From the NCBI GenBank assembly GCA_964487135.1, contig CAZAOU010000003.1, positions 1-60,547 of the forward strand: DNA of 60,547 nucleotides, given 5' to 3'. Positions 29,906 through 38,901 of this stretch are shown here, piece after piece. The position numbers were made by a program, and so were the translations under genes. Under the pieces are notes generated by a model. The model saw only the letters and a program-made list of their open reading frames with translations. It was not told where the DNA came from and ran no database searches. Each line of letters begins with the position of its first letter. Within the stretch, counting starts at the first letter, position 1. This stretch comes from an uncultured Candidatus Saccharibacteria bacterium. GTDB taxonomy: Bacteria > Patescibacteriota > Minisyncoccia > Phycocordibacterales > CAIRYW01.

Positions 29906-30575
29906 AGTTTTTAGGGAGCATGAAAATCTTGTTGATTTTATAAAAGAACATCTGAGGAAAATTTCTGAGAATTCAGTTTTGGTGGTTACCTCTAAAATAG
30001 TTGCCCTTTCTGAAGGACGAGTTGTAGATGTCTCTTCTCAAAAACAAAAAGAAAAAATTATTAAAAAAGAATCATCCTTTGCTATAAAAACAAAATGGGC
30101 TTGGCTTACCATAAAAGATGGTGTTGTTATGGCCTCGGCTGGAATTGATGAGTCAAATGCAAATGGCAAGTTGATTTTGTTGCCAAAGAACAGTTTCAAA
30201 TCTGCTTTTACGCTTAGAAATGAATTAAAGAAAAAATACGGATTAAAAAATTTTGGAATTCTAATTACTGATAGTAGAACTACTCCTTTACGGAAAGGTG
30301 TAACGGGGCAGGCCATAGGATACGCTGGTTTTAAAGGCCTGAAATCTTATATTGGAAAACCAGATATTTTTAAAAGAAAATTTTCTTTCTCAACAGTTAA
30401 TATTGCGGATAGTTTGGCCACATCGGCGGTGCTAGAAATGGGCGAGGGAAACGAGAAGTGTCCACTGGCAATTATTCAATCCAATAAAATTAAATTTATA
30501 GAGAGGACAAACAAAGATGAAATAAAAATATCAATAAAGGATGATATGTATAGGCCTTTGTTTAAAAGATTATAG
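29880..30575 (+). CDS. CofE-like gamma-glutamyl ligase
   Basis: VVTSKIVALSEGR, ASAGIDESN, ILITDSRTTPLRKG..G.AIG, NIADSLA..AVLEMGEGNE..P. Confidence 0.85.
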   Translation: MKVKAIKTRVFREHENLVDFIKEHLRKISENSVLVVTSKIVALSEGRVVDVSSQKQKEKIIKKESSFAIKTKWAWLTIKDGVVMASAGIDESNANGKLILLPKNSFKSAFTLRNELKKKYGLKNFGILITDSRTTPLRKGVTGQAIGYAGFKGLKSYIGKPDIFKRKFSFSTVNIADSLATSAVLEMGEGNEKCPLAIIQSNKIKFIERTNKDEIKISIKDDMYRPLFKRL

Positions 30576-30587
30576 TCACAGATGGGG

Positions 30588-31520
30588 CTATTTTGTGTGA
30601 AGATTTATATAGATGTCTTCTAATGCTTTTACAGCGTCTCCTGATGCAATGTTGTTTTGGTGGTAAAGCCCATCTGTGCAATCTCCAGCTGCCCAGATTC
30701 CAGAGGTAGAAGTTTGTTGGGTTTTAGGATCCACCACAACCTGTCCTCCCGCTGTAAGATTTATTATATTCTTTGCAAATTCTGTATTTGGTAATAATCC
30801 AATTTCTACAAATATTCCTGTAACGGGAAGTTTAACAATTTCTCCGGATGTGGTTTGATAAGAAATTCCATTAACAAATTTGTCACCAGAAACTTCTATA
30901 ATTTTTGCTTCTGTAACTGATTTTACATTTGGTTTTGCTAAAACTTTTTCAACGGTGATTGCATCAGCTCTAAATTTTTCGCTTCGATGAAGGAGTGTTA
31001 CAGATTTACAATAGGCAGATAACTGAGCCACTGTTTCAAAAGCAGCATTTCCGCCTCCAATTACCACAACATCCTGATTGTCATAAAGAGGTCCATCGCA
31101 AGTTGCGCAGTAGGTGAGACCTTTGTGTTCAAATTCTTTTGCGCCTTTTGCATCTAGTTTTCTTCGAACACTTCCTGTAGCTATTAAAATTGTTTTCGAA
31201 AGAATTTTTTTGCCATCATCTGTATGTGTTGCGAATAATTCTCCTTCTTTTGTAATATTTTCTACTTTTACTCCCGTAACAATATTTAAAAAATCGCCAG
31301 CGTATGCTTTGAGGTGATTTTCTAGTGATTTTGCAAAGTCTATTCCAGAAATAGAAGGGGTTCCAATCCAGTTTTGAATGTTTTCTGATACAGAACTTTG
31401 ACTTTCAAAAGAGTAGGTTACAAAAGCTGTTTTTATTCTTTTGCGAGCAGCATAAACACCCGCTGACACTCCAGCAGGCCCACCTCCAATTATTGTGAGT
31501 TCAAAAGGTTCTGTGTTCAA
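30588..31520 (-). CDS. trxB: Thioredoxin reductase-like FAD oxidoreductase
   Basis: IIGGGPAG, YCATCDGP, VIGGGNAA, GIWAAGDCT. Confidence 0.88.
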   Translation of the reverse strand: MNTEPFELTIIGGGPAGVSAGVYAARKRIKTAFVTYSFESQSSVSENIQNWIGTPSISGIDFAKSLENHLKAYAGDFLNIVTGVKVENITKEGELFATHTDDGKKILSKTILIATGSVRRKLDAKGAKEFEHKGLTYCATCDGPLYDNQDVVVIGGGNAAFETVAQLSAYCKSVTLLHRSEKFRADAITVEKVLAKPNVKSVTEAKIIEVSGDKFVNGISYQTTSGEIVKLPVTGIFVEIGLLPNTEFAKNIINLTAGGQVVVDPKTQQTSTSGIWAAGDCTDGLYHQNNIASGDAVKALEDIYINLHTK

Positions 31521-31521
31521 A

Positions 31522-32658
31522 TTATTTTAATTTAGATCTTCGTAGAAAAGCTGGCACTGCACCCCAGTCATCGTCATCATCAGTTTTTTTATTTTCTACA
31601 GCAGGTTCAGGGACATCTTTTTTTATTTCAGCTGATTTTTCATCTTTTCCTGGAACACTATTAAATATTTTTCCTTCAAATAAACTTTTCTTTTGTGATC
31701 CGTCAGGAAATCCTGCTGCCACAACTGTTACGCGAAGTTCTCCTTTTTTAAGTTTTTCATCATGAACTGTTCCAAAAATTATTTTTGCATTAGGATCAAC
31801 AGATTCTGTTACAACTTTTGCAGCATCCTGAATTTCAAACATTGTAAGATCATCACTTCCCGCGATAGAAAATAGGACACCTTTTGCTCCGTGGATTGAG
31901 AGGTCGATAAGAGGAGAGTTTATAGCTGCTCTTGCTGCTTCTGCCGCTCTGTTTTCTCCACTAGCAGAACCTATTCCCATAAGTGCTGATCCAGCATTTT
32001 CAAGAACAGCTCTGATGTCTGCAAAGTCAATGTTTCCAATTGCTCCGGGAGTAGTGATAAGGTCAGAAATTCCTTCAACGGCTTGTTTTAAAACCTCATC
32101 ACACATCATAAATGCGTGTTTGGCTGTTGTTTCTTTACTCACAGCAGAAAGAAGTTTATCATTTGGAATTATAATTATTGCGTCCACCGATTTTCTGAGT
32201 TCTTCAATTCCTTGATCAGCAAGACGAGTTCTTTGTTGTCCTTCAAATGAAAATGGTTTTGTAACAACTGCAATTGTAAGGACGCCCAATTCTTTTGCCG
32301 TCTTAGCAACAATAGGTGCTGCGCCTGTGCAAGTTCCTCCACCTTCTCCTCCCGCAATAAAAACCATATCCGCTCCTTTTAGAGCTTCTTGTATTTCTTC
32401 TTTAGTTTCTTCGGCTGCACGTTTGCCAACCTCAGGATTCATTCCTGCACCAAGTCCTTTGGTGAGATTTTTTCCAATATGAATTTTTCTTTTTGCTTGA
32501 GAATGATGAAGATCTTGAGCATCTGTATTTACAGCAATAAAATCAACACCACGAACTTTTGAGTTCATCATGTGATTGAGGGCATTTTTTCCAGAACCTC
32601 CAACGCCAACAACTTTTATTCGTGCAAATGTTTCTACTTCGGGCTTGATTTGTGCCAT
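31522..32658 (-). CDS. ftsZ: Cell division protein FtsZ
   Basis: IKVVGVGGSG, NTDAQ, GGEGGGTCTGAAP, DFADIRAVL, C-terminal VPAFLRR. Confidence 0.99.
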   Translation of the reverse strand: MAQIKPEVETFARIKVVGVGGSGKNALNHMMNSKVRGVDFIAVNTDAQDLHHSQAKRKIHIGKNLTKGLGAGMNPEVGKRAAEETKEEIQEALKGADMVFIAGGEGGGTCTGAAPIVAKTAKELGVLTIAVVTKPFSFEGQQRTRLADQGIEELRKSVDAIIIIPNDKLLSAVSKETTAKHAFMMCDEVLKQAVEGISDLITTPGAIGNIDFADIRAVLENAGSALMGIGSASGENRAAEAARAAINSPLIDLSIHGAKGVLFSIAGSDDLTMFEIQDAAKVVTESVDPNAKIIFGTVHDEKLKKGELRVTVVAAGFPDGSQKKSLFEGKIFNSVPGKDEKSAEIKKDVPEPAVENKKTDDDDDWGAVPAFLRRSKLK

Positions 32659-32790
32659 ATCTTTCTTTTATTTCTTCCTATAAATTATGCCTAGTATACG
32701 CCCAAGTTTTAAACAAATAAAGTCTTTACAAACCTTATTTTGAGCCGTTTACTATTATCTCTTTGTAAGCAACTTTGTGCCTATAGCACC

Positions 32791-32818
32791 ATCATATCAA
32801 GAGGGAAAATACCAGCAA
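32791..32818 (-). promoter_or_regulatory. Putative promoter facing ftsZ
   Basis: TTGCTG-16nt-TATGAT with TGn extension, abutting element B. Confidence 0.5.
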
Positions 32819-32932
32819 GGGGAGCTTCAGAAACTACTATTTTAAAAGACACGCAAATTTTTTGCTAAAAATTTGCTGCCTCCGTCGCCAGTCGCGCCTC
32901 CAGAGTTTTTCAAAACGATGGTTTCTTCGCTA
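32819..32932 (-). repeat. Structured intergenic element, copy B
   Basis: TAGCGAA start, ~21-bp imperfect stem, cgc-GACTG-gcg and gcaaattttt-AGCA-aaaaatttgc hairpins, GAAGCTCCCC end. Confidence 0.8.
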
Positions 32933-32998
32933 GAAAATAAGAATTTACATCTTATTTAAAATAGATAATTAACGTATAAATGTTTATAATTTTATTTA

Positions 32999-33406
32999 AT
33001 GAATAAATACAAGATCAATGTTATTGCCCTTATAAAGAAAGATAATGTCTTTATTTTGGGTAAAAAAAAGAAACAAGAAAACCATCCATTGAGTGGTTTG
33101 TGGCATATTCCTGGAGGCAAAGTATGTGAAGACGAAAACGAAGAAGACGCTTTAAAAAGAGAAATGAAAGAGGAGATTGGTGTTGAAATAAAAGTAGATA
33201 AATTCCTTGGTGAAAGAATAGATGAGAATAATCGACTAAAATTTAAGTGGTATCTTTGTAGTCTGCCATCAAACAATGTAACAGCTGGAGGTGATTTAAC
33301 CGAAATAAAGTATGTATCGGCAAAAAATCTAATCAAAGAATCTTCTGTTAATGAAGGACGGTATTGGCCACGGGAGGTTCATGAATATATAAGTTCTTTA
33401 CTTTAA
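32999..33406 (+). CDS. NUDIX hydrolase
   Basis: WHIPGGKVCEDENEEDALKREMKEEIG (Nudix box). Confidence 0.9.
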   Translation: MNKYKINVIALIKKDNVFILGKKKKQENHPLSGLWHIPGGKVCEDENEEDALKREMKEEIGVEIKVDKFLGERIDENNRLKFKWYLCSLPSNNVTAGGDLTEIKYVSAKNLIKESSVNEGRYWPREVHEYISSLL

Positions 33407-34593
33407 GGCAAGATTTTTTTAATGAATCCCCAAATACTTGTTTTTGCTCCTTTGAAAAATCTAAGCCCAAATAAGTTAATAGGAGAGTCTTCTTTTGAAG
33501 AGCTCATTCCAAGAATTGCTAATCCGTAAGACACAGCCCAAGTTCCGTCTTTTGGAATCATAGAGTTTTTATGTTCAAATTTTATTGCAGATTTTTTTGC
33601 TGGAAGTTTTAGTTGTTGTTTTGCCAGAGCTTCAATGTGAGGGCATAATGCTCCTCCTCCTGTGATTATTATTCCAGCAGGCAAAAGTCCGTTTCGGCCA
33701 ATTTTTTTAAGATGTGATTCAACGAGGTCAAAAATGTCTGATAATCGTGCACTTATTATTTCTTCTAATTTTTTGCGAGGATAGGGTACACTTTCGGGTT
33801 TTGCTAGTTTTATTCTTTCTGCTTCTTCTAGTGAAACTTTTAATCCCAAAGCAATGTCGTTTGTTATATCACTTGATCCAATCGGCAATACTTCAAGAGA
33901 AATAGGCACGCCATTTTCATAAGTACTAATTGATGTTGTTTCTCCCCCAATATTAAGAAGAACACATCCAGCGACTTGTTGAGATTTGTTTAATGCTCCC
34001 AAGCTTGCTGCGAAAGGTGAGGCGGTTACGTCTTCTATGTCAATTCCTGCTAAACTTGCGACCTCCAAAAAATCTTTTATATGGTGTGCGAGACAAGTTA
34101 CGAAAAGACATTTTCCTTCTATTTTTGAACCAAACATTCCCCATGGTTTTCCTAAAACCGGTTTGCCGTCTATTTTGTAAGAAAGATTAACCGCGTGGAG
34201 TATTTCTCTATTTAATGTAAAAGATTCTGGAATTTCACTTTCTATTAAATCGGTTAATTTTAAAATATCGCTTGAAGTAATTTCAATGTCTTTTTCTCCT
34301 AGATTTATTGAGCCAGAAAAAGATCCTGAAGATAATCCTATTCCTCCAACAGCAAGATATGCTTTGTTTATTTTGTAGCCAGAGCTTTTTTCAGCTTGAG
34401 CTAACGCCTCTTTTAATGCGTTAGATGCCTCTTCTACATTTGCCACATATCCATGTCTCATGCCACGGGCCTCTGCATAACCAAGACCAATAACCCGAGG
34501 TTTTATTCTCTCTTCTGGTGTTTCTGCTTCGGCAACCAGCACTTTTATAGTGTGGCTTCCTATGTCTATTCCAACCGCAATTCTTTGCGACAT
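33403..34593 (-). CDS. ftsA: Cell division protein FtsA
   Basis: VGIDIGSHTIK, GMRHGYV, VLLNIGGETT, ITNDIALGL, ITGGGA. Confidence 0.95.
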   Translation of the reverse strand: MSQRIAVGIDIGSHTIKVLVAEAETPEERIKPRVIGLGYAEARGMRHGYVANVEEASNALKEALAQAEKSSGYKINKAYLAVGGIGLSSGSFSGSINLGEKDIEITSSDILKLTDLIESEIPESFTLNREILHAVNLSYKIDGKPVLGKPWGMFGSKIEGKCLFVTCLAHHIKDFLEVASLAGIDIEDVTASPFAASLGALNKSQQVAGCVLLNIGGETTSISTYENGVPISLEVLPIGSSDITNDIALGLKVSLEEAERIKLAKPESVPYPRKKLEEIISARLSDIFDLVESHLKKIGRNGLLPAGIIITGGGALCPHIEALAKQQLKLPAKKSAIKFEHKNSMIPKDGTWAVSYGLAILGMSSSKEDSPINLFGLRFFKGAKTSIWGFIKKILP

Positions 34594-34615
34594 TTATGTA
34601 AAAAGGCGAAGAGGG

Positions 34616-35005
34616 TTATATTCCAAAAAATTTGCGAATTTTCTCTTCCTCGCTCTCCATTGTACTCCCATGCGCCATTCCTTTCAAATGAAAAAGGCCG
34701 TGGATAAATAAAAAAACAAGGTAATTTTTTGGTGATCGTTTAAATTCTTTAGCTTTTCTTATTAAAGGTTTTTCACAAAAAATTATTTCACCTGAATCTT
34801 TATCTAAAGGAAAACTTAAGATGTCTGTAGCATAATCTTTTTTACGCCATTGTTTATTTAGTATTCTGGCTTTTTTTTCTCCAACAAAAGTCACACTTAG
34901 GCAGTACTTTTTTCCTAAAACTTTGTTTTTTATACGCAAAAAAAGCTCCTCATTATATTGAGGAACTTTTTTTGTTGTTTTTGAGAATTCTAAAGATTTG
35001 AGCAT
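34616..35005 (-). CDS. ybeY: rRNA maturation RNase YbeY
   Basis: LNKQWRKKDYATDILSF, IHGLFHLKGMAH. Confidence 0.93.
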   Translation of the reverse strand: MLKSLEFSKTTKKVPQYNEELFLRIKNKVLGKKYCLSVTFVGEKKARILNKQWRKKDYATDILSFPLDKDSGEIIFCEKPLIRKAKEFKRSPKNYLVFLFIHGLFHLKGMAHGSTMESEEEKIRKFFGI

Positions 35006-35247
35006 TATCTGCGAGAAGTTTCAGGAGCTTTTCCAAGTTTTACAAGCTCCTCCATTTTCGATCTTCTTTCAAGTGAAGAAAGTGTTTTCTTTTTTGTTAC
35101 AAATTTAGATTTATTTCTATCTTTGTATCTAATGCTTCTAACACGCCTAAGAATTCCAGCTTCTTGGACTTTTTTTGTGAATTTTCTTATGAGGCTTGTA
35201 TTATGCTCGCCTCCGTTTTTTGTTACTTCAACATTTACTGTTTGCAT
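35005..35247 (-). CDS. Probable divergent 30S ribosomal protein bS21
   Basis: Basic ~80-aa protein, VEV.KN..E...LIRKFTKKVQEAGIL..VR..RY resembles the bS21 pattern; ATG at 35247 preferred over the TTG at 35256. Confidence 0.55.
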   Translation of the reverse strand: MQTVNVEVTKNGGEHNTSLIRKFTKKVQEAGILRRVRSIRYKDRNKSKFVTKKKTLSSLERRSKMEELVKLGKAPETSRR

Positions 35248-35304
35248 AGGGAGCAATTATATCACAATTAGCCATTTTTGCAATCACCCCATATCTACCT
35301 ATAT

Positions 35305-36552
35305 CTAAGGCAGTTTTTTAAGATGGGATATTAGATTGTCTAATAAGACTGTTTCTTGGGACATAGTAGACATCTTGCGCACAACCACACTTCCTTCCAT
35401 AGCTTCTCTTTGTCCCATCATAATGATGTAAGGAATACCTATTTTTTCTGCATGCGCGAGTTGTAAAGAAAGTTTATCTTTTGAAAGAGCTTGATGAACA
35501 TGAATATTGGCTTTTCTAAGATTTTCAAGTAGTGACAAGCTTTTTAATTTTGCATCAAAGCCAATTTGTATGTAATAAAACTTTATTTTTTGTTCTCGTT
35601 TTTTCTTTTCTACTTGTTTTATGAAGTGGGGATGTATAAGAAGGGCCATTCCAAATGCTGGAACATCTTTTTTACCAAGAGCTTTTTTGGCTAGAGAGTT
35701 GTATCTTTCACCAATTCCAAAAATTGTTGTCTTTCCATTTTTTTCTCCTCTAATTTCGCAAATTGTTTCGGAGCAATAACTTCGTGAACCAATAAGTGAG
35801 TGACATATTTCGTAAGGAATTCCGAGGGATTCAATATATTCAAGAACTTGTTTAAAGTGGTTTCTGCTAGATTCTGAAAGATATGTCATTGGTTTTGGTG
35901 CATTTTCTTGAACCTCTTTGCATTTCTCGTGTGAACAGTTAAAAAGAGAAGTAATATCTTTTTTTATTATATTTCGGCAATTTTTTTCTAGTTTTAGTCC
36001 TTCTTTTGATACATATGTTGTTAATTCTCTTAAGAATTTTGCATACGACTCTTTGTCGCCAATAGAATTTATGGCTATTGAAAAATTTGTATCAGGATAC
36101 CTATCTTTAAGTATTACAAAAGATGTTTCTATGGCTATTGCTTCTGAAACACTTCCACTACCGCCAATTATTTCTAGGTTAAATGTTTCTTCTTCAGCAC
36201 TTTTTTTCATGTGAGGGTTACCCGAAAGAGGTCCTTCATAAAAACCCATTATTGGAAATGGTAAATCTGCGAATTTTTTATCAGTAAAAGATCTAAGTAG
36301 TGCTAATTTTTCTTCCAAAAATCCACCAAACCTCTCACTTTTTTCAAAGAAAGGGTGGAGTGTTTTGAGATGAGATTCATTAAATTTTTTAGCCACAGAA
36401 ATGTCGGCTTTTTCTACTTCTACATGTGGGAGGGGTGAAAAAGCGTAATGAGATGCTATTTCTGTTGCTTTTATTATTTCTGGCGAGACGATTCTAACTT
36501 CTTTTTTAATATTTTTTTTATTTATCTTAGACGGTTGTTTTTTTGTTTTCAT
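35305..36552 (-). CDS. Degenerate histidyl-tRNA synthetase-like protein
   Basis: HisRS layout with GIGERYNSL and an intact anticodon-binding domain, but catalytic motifs eroded. Confidence 0.75.
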   Translation of the reverse strand: MKTKKQPSKINKKNIKKEVRIVSPEIIKATEIASHYAFSPLPHVEVEKADISVAKKFNESHLKTLHPFFEKSERFGGFLEEKLALLRSFTDKKFADLPFPIMGFYEGPLSGNPHMKKSAEEETFNLEIIGGSGSVSEAIAIETSFVILKDRYPDTNFSIAINSIGDKESYAKFLRELTTYVSKEGLKLEKNCRNIIKKDITSLFNCSHEKCKEVQENAPKPMTYLSESSRNHFKQVLEYIESLGIPYEICHSLIGSRSYCSETICEIRGEKNGKTTIFGIGERYNSLAKKALGKKDVPAFGMALLIHPHFIKQVEKKKREQKIKFYYIQIGFDAKLKSLSLLENLRKANIHVHQALSKDKLSLQLAHAEKIGIPYIIMMGQREAMEGSVVVRKMSTMSQETVLLDNLISHLKKLP

Positions 36553-36555
36553 GAA

Positions 36556-37155
36556 TTATTTGTTGAATTCTGCTTTACCCGGAAATGTTCCCGCTTCTGC
36601 TAGTGGAAACAATCTAAATACTGCTCGCCCTGTTATTTTATCTAATGATAGAGGTCCCCATATTCTTGAATCTGAACTCGCTTCTCTGTTGTCACCCATC
36701 ACAAAATATTCATCTTCACCAAGACTTACAGTGACGCGAGTATCTCTTAGAGAGTGAACATAATCTTCTTCTAACATGAATCCATCAGGATATTTTTCGT
36801 TTGTTATGAACACTTTATTTCCATTAACTGAAACAGTTTCTCCTGGGAGGCCTATAACTCTTTTTATGTAGTGTTCGTTTGGAGCTGTTGGCGGTTTAAA
36901 AACAACAACATCACCTCTTGAAGGCTTTTCAAAACGATATGAAATTTCATCTACGATAAGGTAGTCACCGTTTTGAAAAGTGGGTTGCATTGAACTTCCA
37001 ACAACTATAAAAGGTTGGGCTATGAATATTCTTATTGGAATTAGAATAAAGATGACGATAAATGCAACTTCTTTAACTTCTTTGAAAAATTCTCCCACTA
37101 AACTTTTTTTAGGTGTGGTATTTTTTTCTACTCCGAATATTGCTTCGTCTTCCAT
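36556..37155 (-). CDS. lepB: Signal peptidase I
   Basis: VVGSSMQPTF, RGDVVVF, YIKRVIGLPGE, MGDNREASSDSR; ATG at 37155 preferred. Confidence 0.96.
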   Translation of the reverse strand: MEDEAIFGVEKNTTPKKSLVGEFFKEVKEVAFIVIFILIPIRIFIAQPFIVVGSSMQPTFQNGDYLIVDEISYRFEKPSRGDVVVFKPPTAPNEHYIKRVIGLPGETVSVNGNKVFITNEKYPDGFMLEEDYVHSLRDTRVTVSLGEDEYFVMGDNREASSDSRIWGPLSLDKITGRAVFRLFPLAEAGTFPGKAEFNK

Positions 37156-37240
37156 ACGACAACATGATAATATAGTAGAGCTTCTTGACACAAGGGCATA
37201 TAGAATTTTCAATTTTAAATTAGAATTTTTTTAAAAATAA

Positions 37241-37822
37241 ATGGCAGTAATAATTGTTGGATTAGGAAATCCCGGAGAGGAATATAAATACACAAGACAC
37301 AACACAGGAATGATTGTTGTTGATGCTCTAGCAAAAGAATTTGATGCGGGAGAATTTAAGATGGATAAAATAACATCTTCAATGCGTTCTAAAACAGAAG
37401 ATTTTATTTTTCTTAAACCTCAAACTTTTATGAATAAATCTGGGGTTGCTGTTAAACCTTTAATAAAATCAGAGAAAGGCGCTGAAAAATTAATTGTAAT
37501 TCACGACGATCTAGATTTGCCTCTAGGAAGTATCAGAATTTCTTTTAATAGAGGATCTGGTGGGCACAGGGGAGTAGAATCAATTGTTCGTGCTATTAAA
37601 ACAGAAGCTTTTGTGCGCATTAGGGTTGGGGTTTCTCCTCAAACTGCTTCTGGAAAAACCAAAAAACCAAAAGGTGAAGAGAAAGTAGTGAATTTTATTT
37701 TGAAAAAGTTTAAAGATGATGAATTAAAAGAACTTAAAAAGGTTTCCAAAAAAATTGCAGAGGCAATAACTGTAATTGTTGAAGAAGGAAGACCAAAAGC
37801 AATGAGTCTCTATAATAGTTAG
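37241..37822 (+). CDS. pth: Peptidyl-tRNA hydrolase
   Basis: IVGLGNPG..Y..TRHN.G, KPQTFMNKSG, IHDDLDL, GSGGHRGVES. Confidence 0.97.
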   Translation: MAVIIVGLGNPGEEYKYTRHNTGMIVVDALAKEFDAGEFKMDKITSSMRSKTEDFIFLKPQTFMNKSGVAVKPLIKSEKGAEKLIVIHDDLDLPLGSIRISFNRGSGGHRGVESIVRAIKTEAFVRIRVGVSPQTASGKTKKPKGEEKVVNFILKKFKDDELKELKKVSKKIAEAITVIVEEGRPKAMSLYNS

Positions 37823-37830
37823 TTTTAGAT

Positions 37831-38751
37831 ATGTCAGAATCTCAAGAAAGAAAAAATCCTGCTACAGGAAGAGTGTACGATGCAAGAGCATCTCTTTCTG
37901 AGTTTGTTCAGGATTTTAATGTTCCTGTTGGAGAGATAATTGAATTTACGGGCGCAGAAACTGCGAGTGTTTATGAGCGAAACTCCAAGGTTAGAATAGA
38001 TCGTATTGTTGCGCCACTTGGTTGGGGGTATTTTTCTAAATATGTTGCAGAGGTGGAGGCGAGTGTTGCTCTTGGAAATGATGAATACAGTCCTAGACAT
38101 AATTTTGTTATTAAACAATTTAATGATGCAAAACAGCTTATTGATGGACAGCTGACTCTTGATGCAAAAAGTAAGGCAGAAGACTGCTTTAGATCTTGGC
38201 AAATGTTGCGTGAATTAGGCTTAAGAACTTGGCAAACGTTTAGAATTAACCCAGAAAGAGGAATGGCTTTAATGACGTCCGGAAATTTAGATGGAAAGTT
38301 GGCGATAATGCCTAATAATGAAAATTTTATAACCAAAATAAGAGGTGTTGAAAATTTTAAAATAAGTGAAGAAATTTTTGGTTCGCTTATTGAATCTATG
38401 ATTTCTGAAATAAAAAAAGCTAACGGTTTTGGTGTTTTTGTTAATACAGATGCTTATACTTTCATAGTTAGTGTTGATAGTGGAAATCTTAAAGATGTTG
38501 ATTTTGTGTTGGGTGATTTGGACTGGGTTTTTAGGCCAGAAGATAGGGGCGATGCGGAAAAATACAAACTAGGAATTTCTAATCTTTCTAAATTAAGAAA
38601 ATCCTTAAGAATGTTTGTATATGAATATGTTTTACCCTCAGATAGAACGACTTTTAGTAAAATTATTGATGAAAAATTTAGACCACTTCATATTCCATTT
38701 GACCCTGATGGTTTGGAAGACGAGTTAGGTGATGGGGAAGAATTATTATAA
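37831..38751 (+). CDS. Hypothetical protein, possibly kinase-like fold
   Basis: FVIKQF, LMTSG, DAYTF, DFVLGDLD loosely resemble protein-kinase-like motifs. Confidence 0.45.
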   Translation: MSESQERKNPATGRVYDARASLSEFVQDFNVPVGEIIEFTGAETASVYERNSKVRIDRIVAPLGWGYFSKYVAEVEASVALGNDEYSPRHNFVIKQFNDAKQLIDGQLTLDAKSKAEDCFRSWQMLRELGLRTWQTFRINPERGMALMTSGNLDGKLAIMPNNENFITKIRGVENFKISEEIFGSLIESMISEIKKANGFGVFVNTDAYTFIVSVDSGNLKDVDFVLGDLDWVFRPEDRGDAEKYKLGISNLSKLRKSLRMFVYEYVLPSDRTTFSKIIDEKFRPLHIPFDPDGLEDELGDGEELL

Positions 38752-38785
38752 AAACACCCGCGAGGCCTGGCCTCGCGGGTGTTTT
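38751..38785. terminator. Bidirectional hairpin terminator
   Basis: aaaacacccgcgagg-cctgg-cctcgcgggtgtttt between convergent genes. Confidence 0.8.
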
Positions 38786-38791
38786 TATGTG

Positions 38792-38901
38792 TAGCGAAGA
38801 TTATTTTTTCGAAAAAAACTTGCGGAGCGCTTGGCGCGAGCGGGAGCAGAAATTCAACAGAATTTCATGCGTTTTTTTGAGAAAAACTAATCCGGAGCGA
38901 C
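38792..38901 (+). repeat. Structured intergenic element, copy E
   Basis: TAGCGAA start, ~21-bp imperfect stem, gcgc-TTG-gcgc and gaaattc-AACA-gaatttc hairpins, CGGAGCGAC end touching the rpsA stop codon. Confidence 0.7.
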
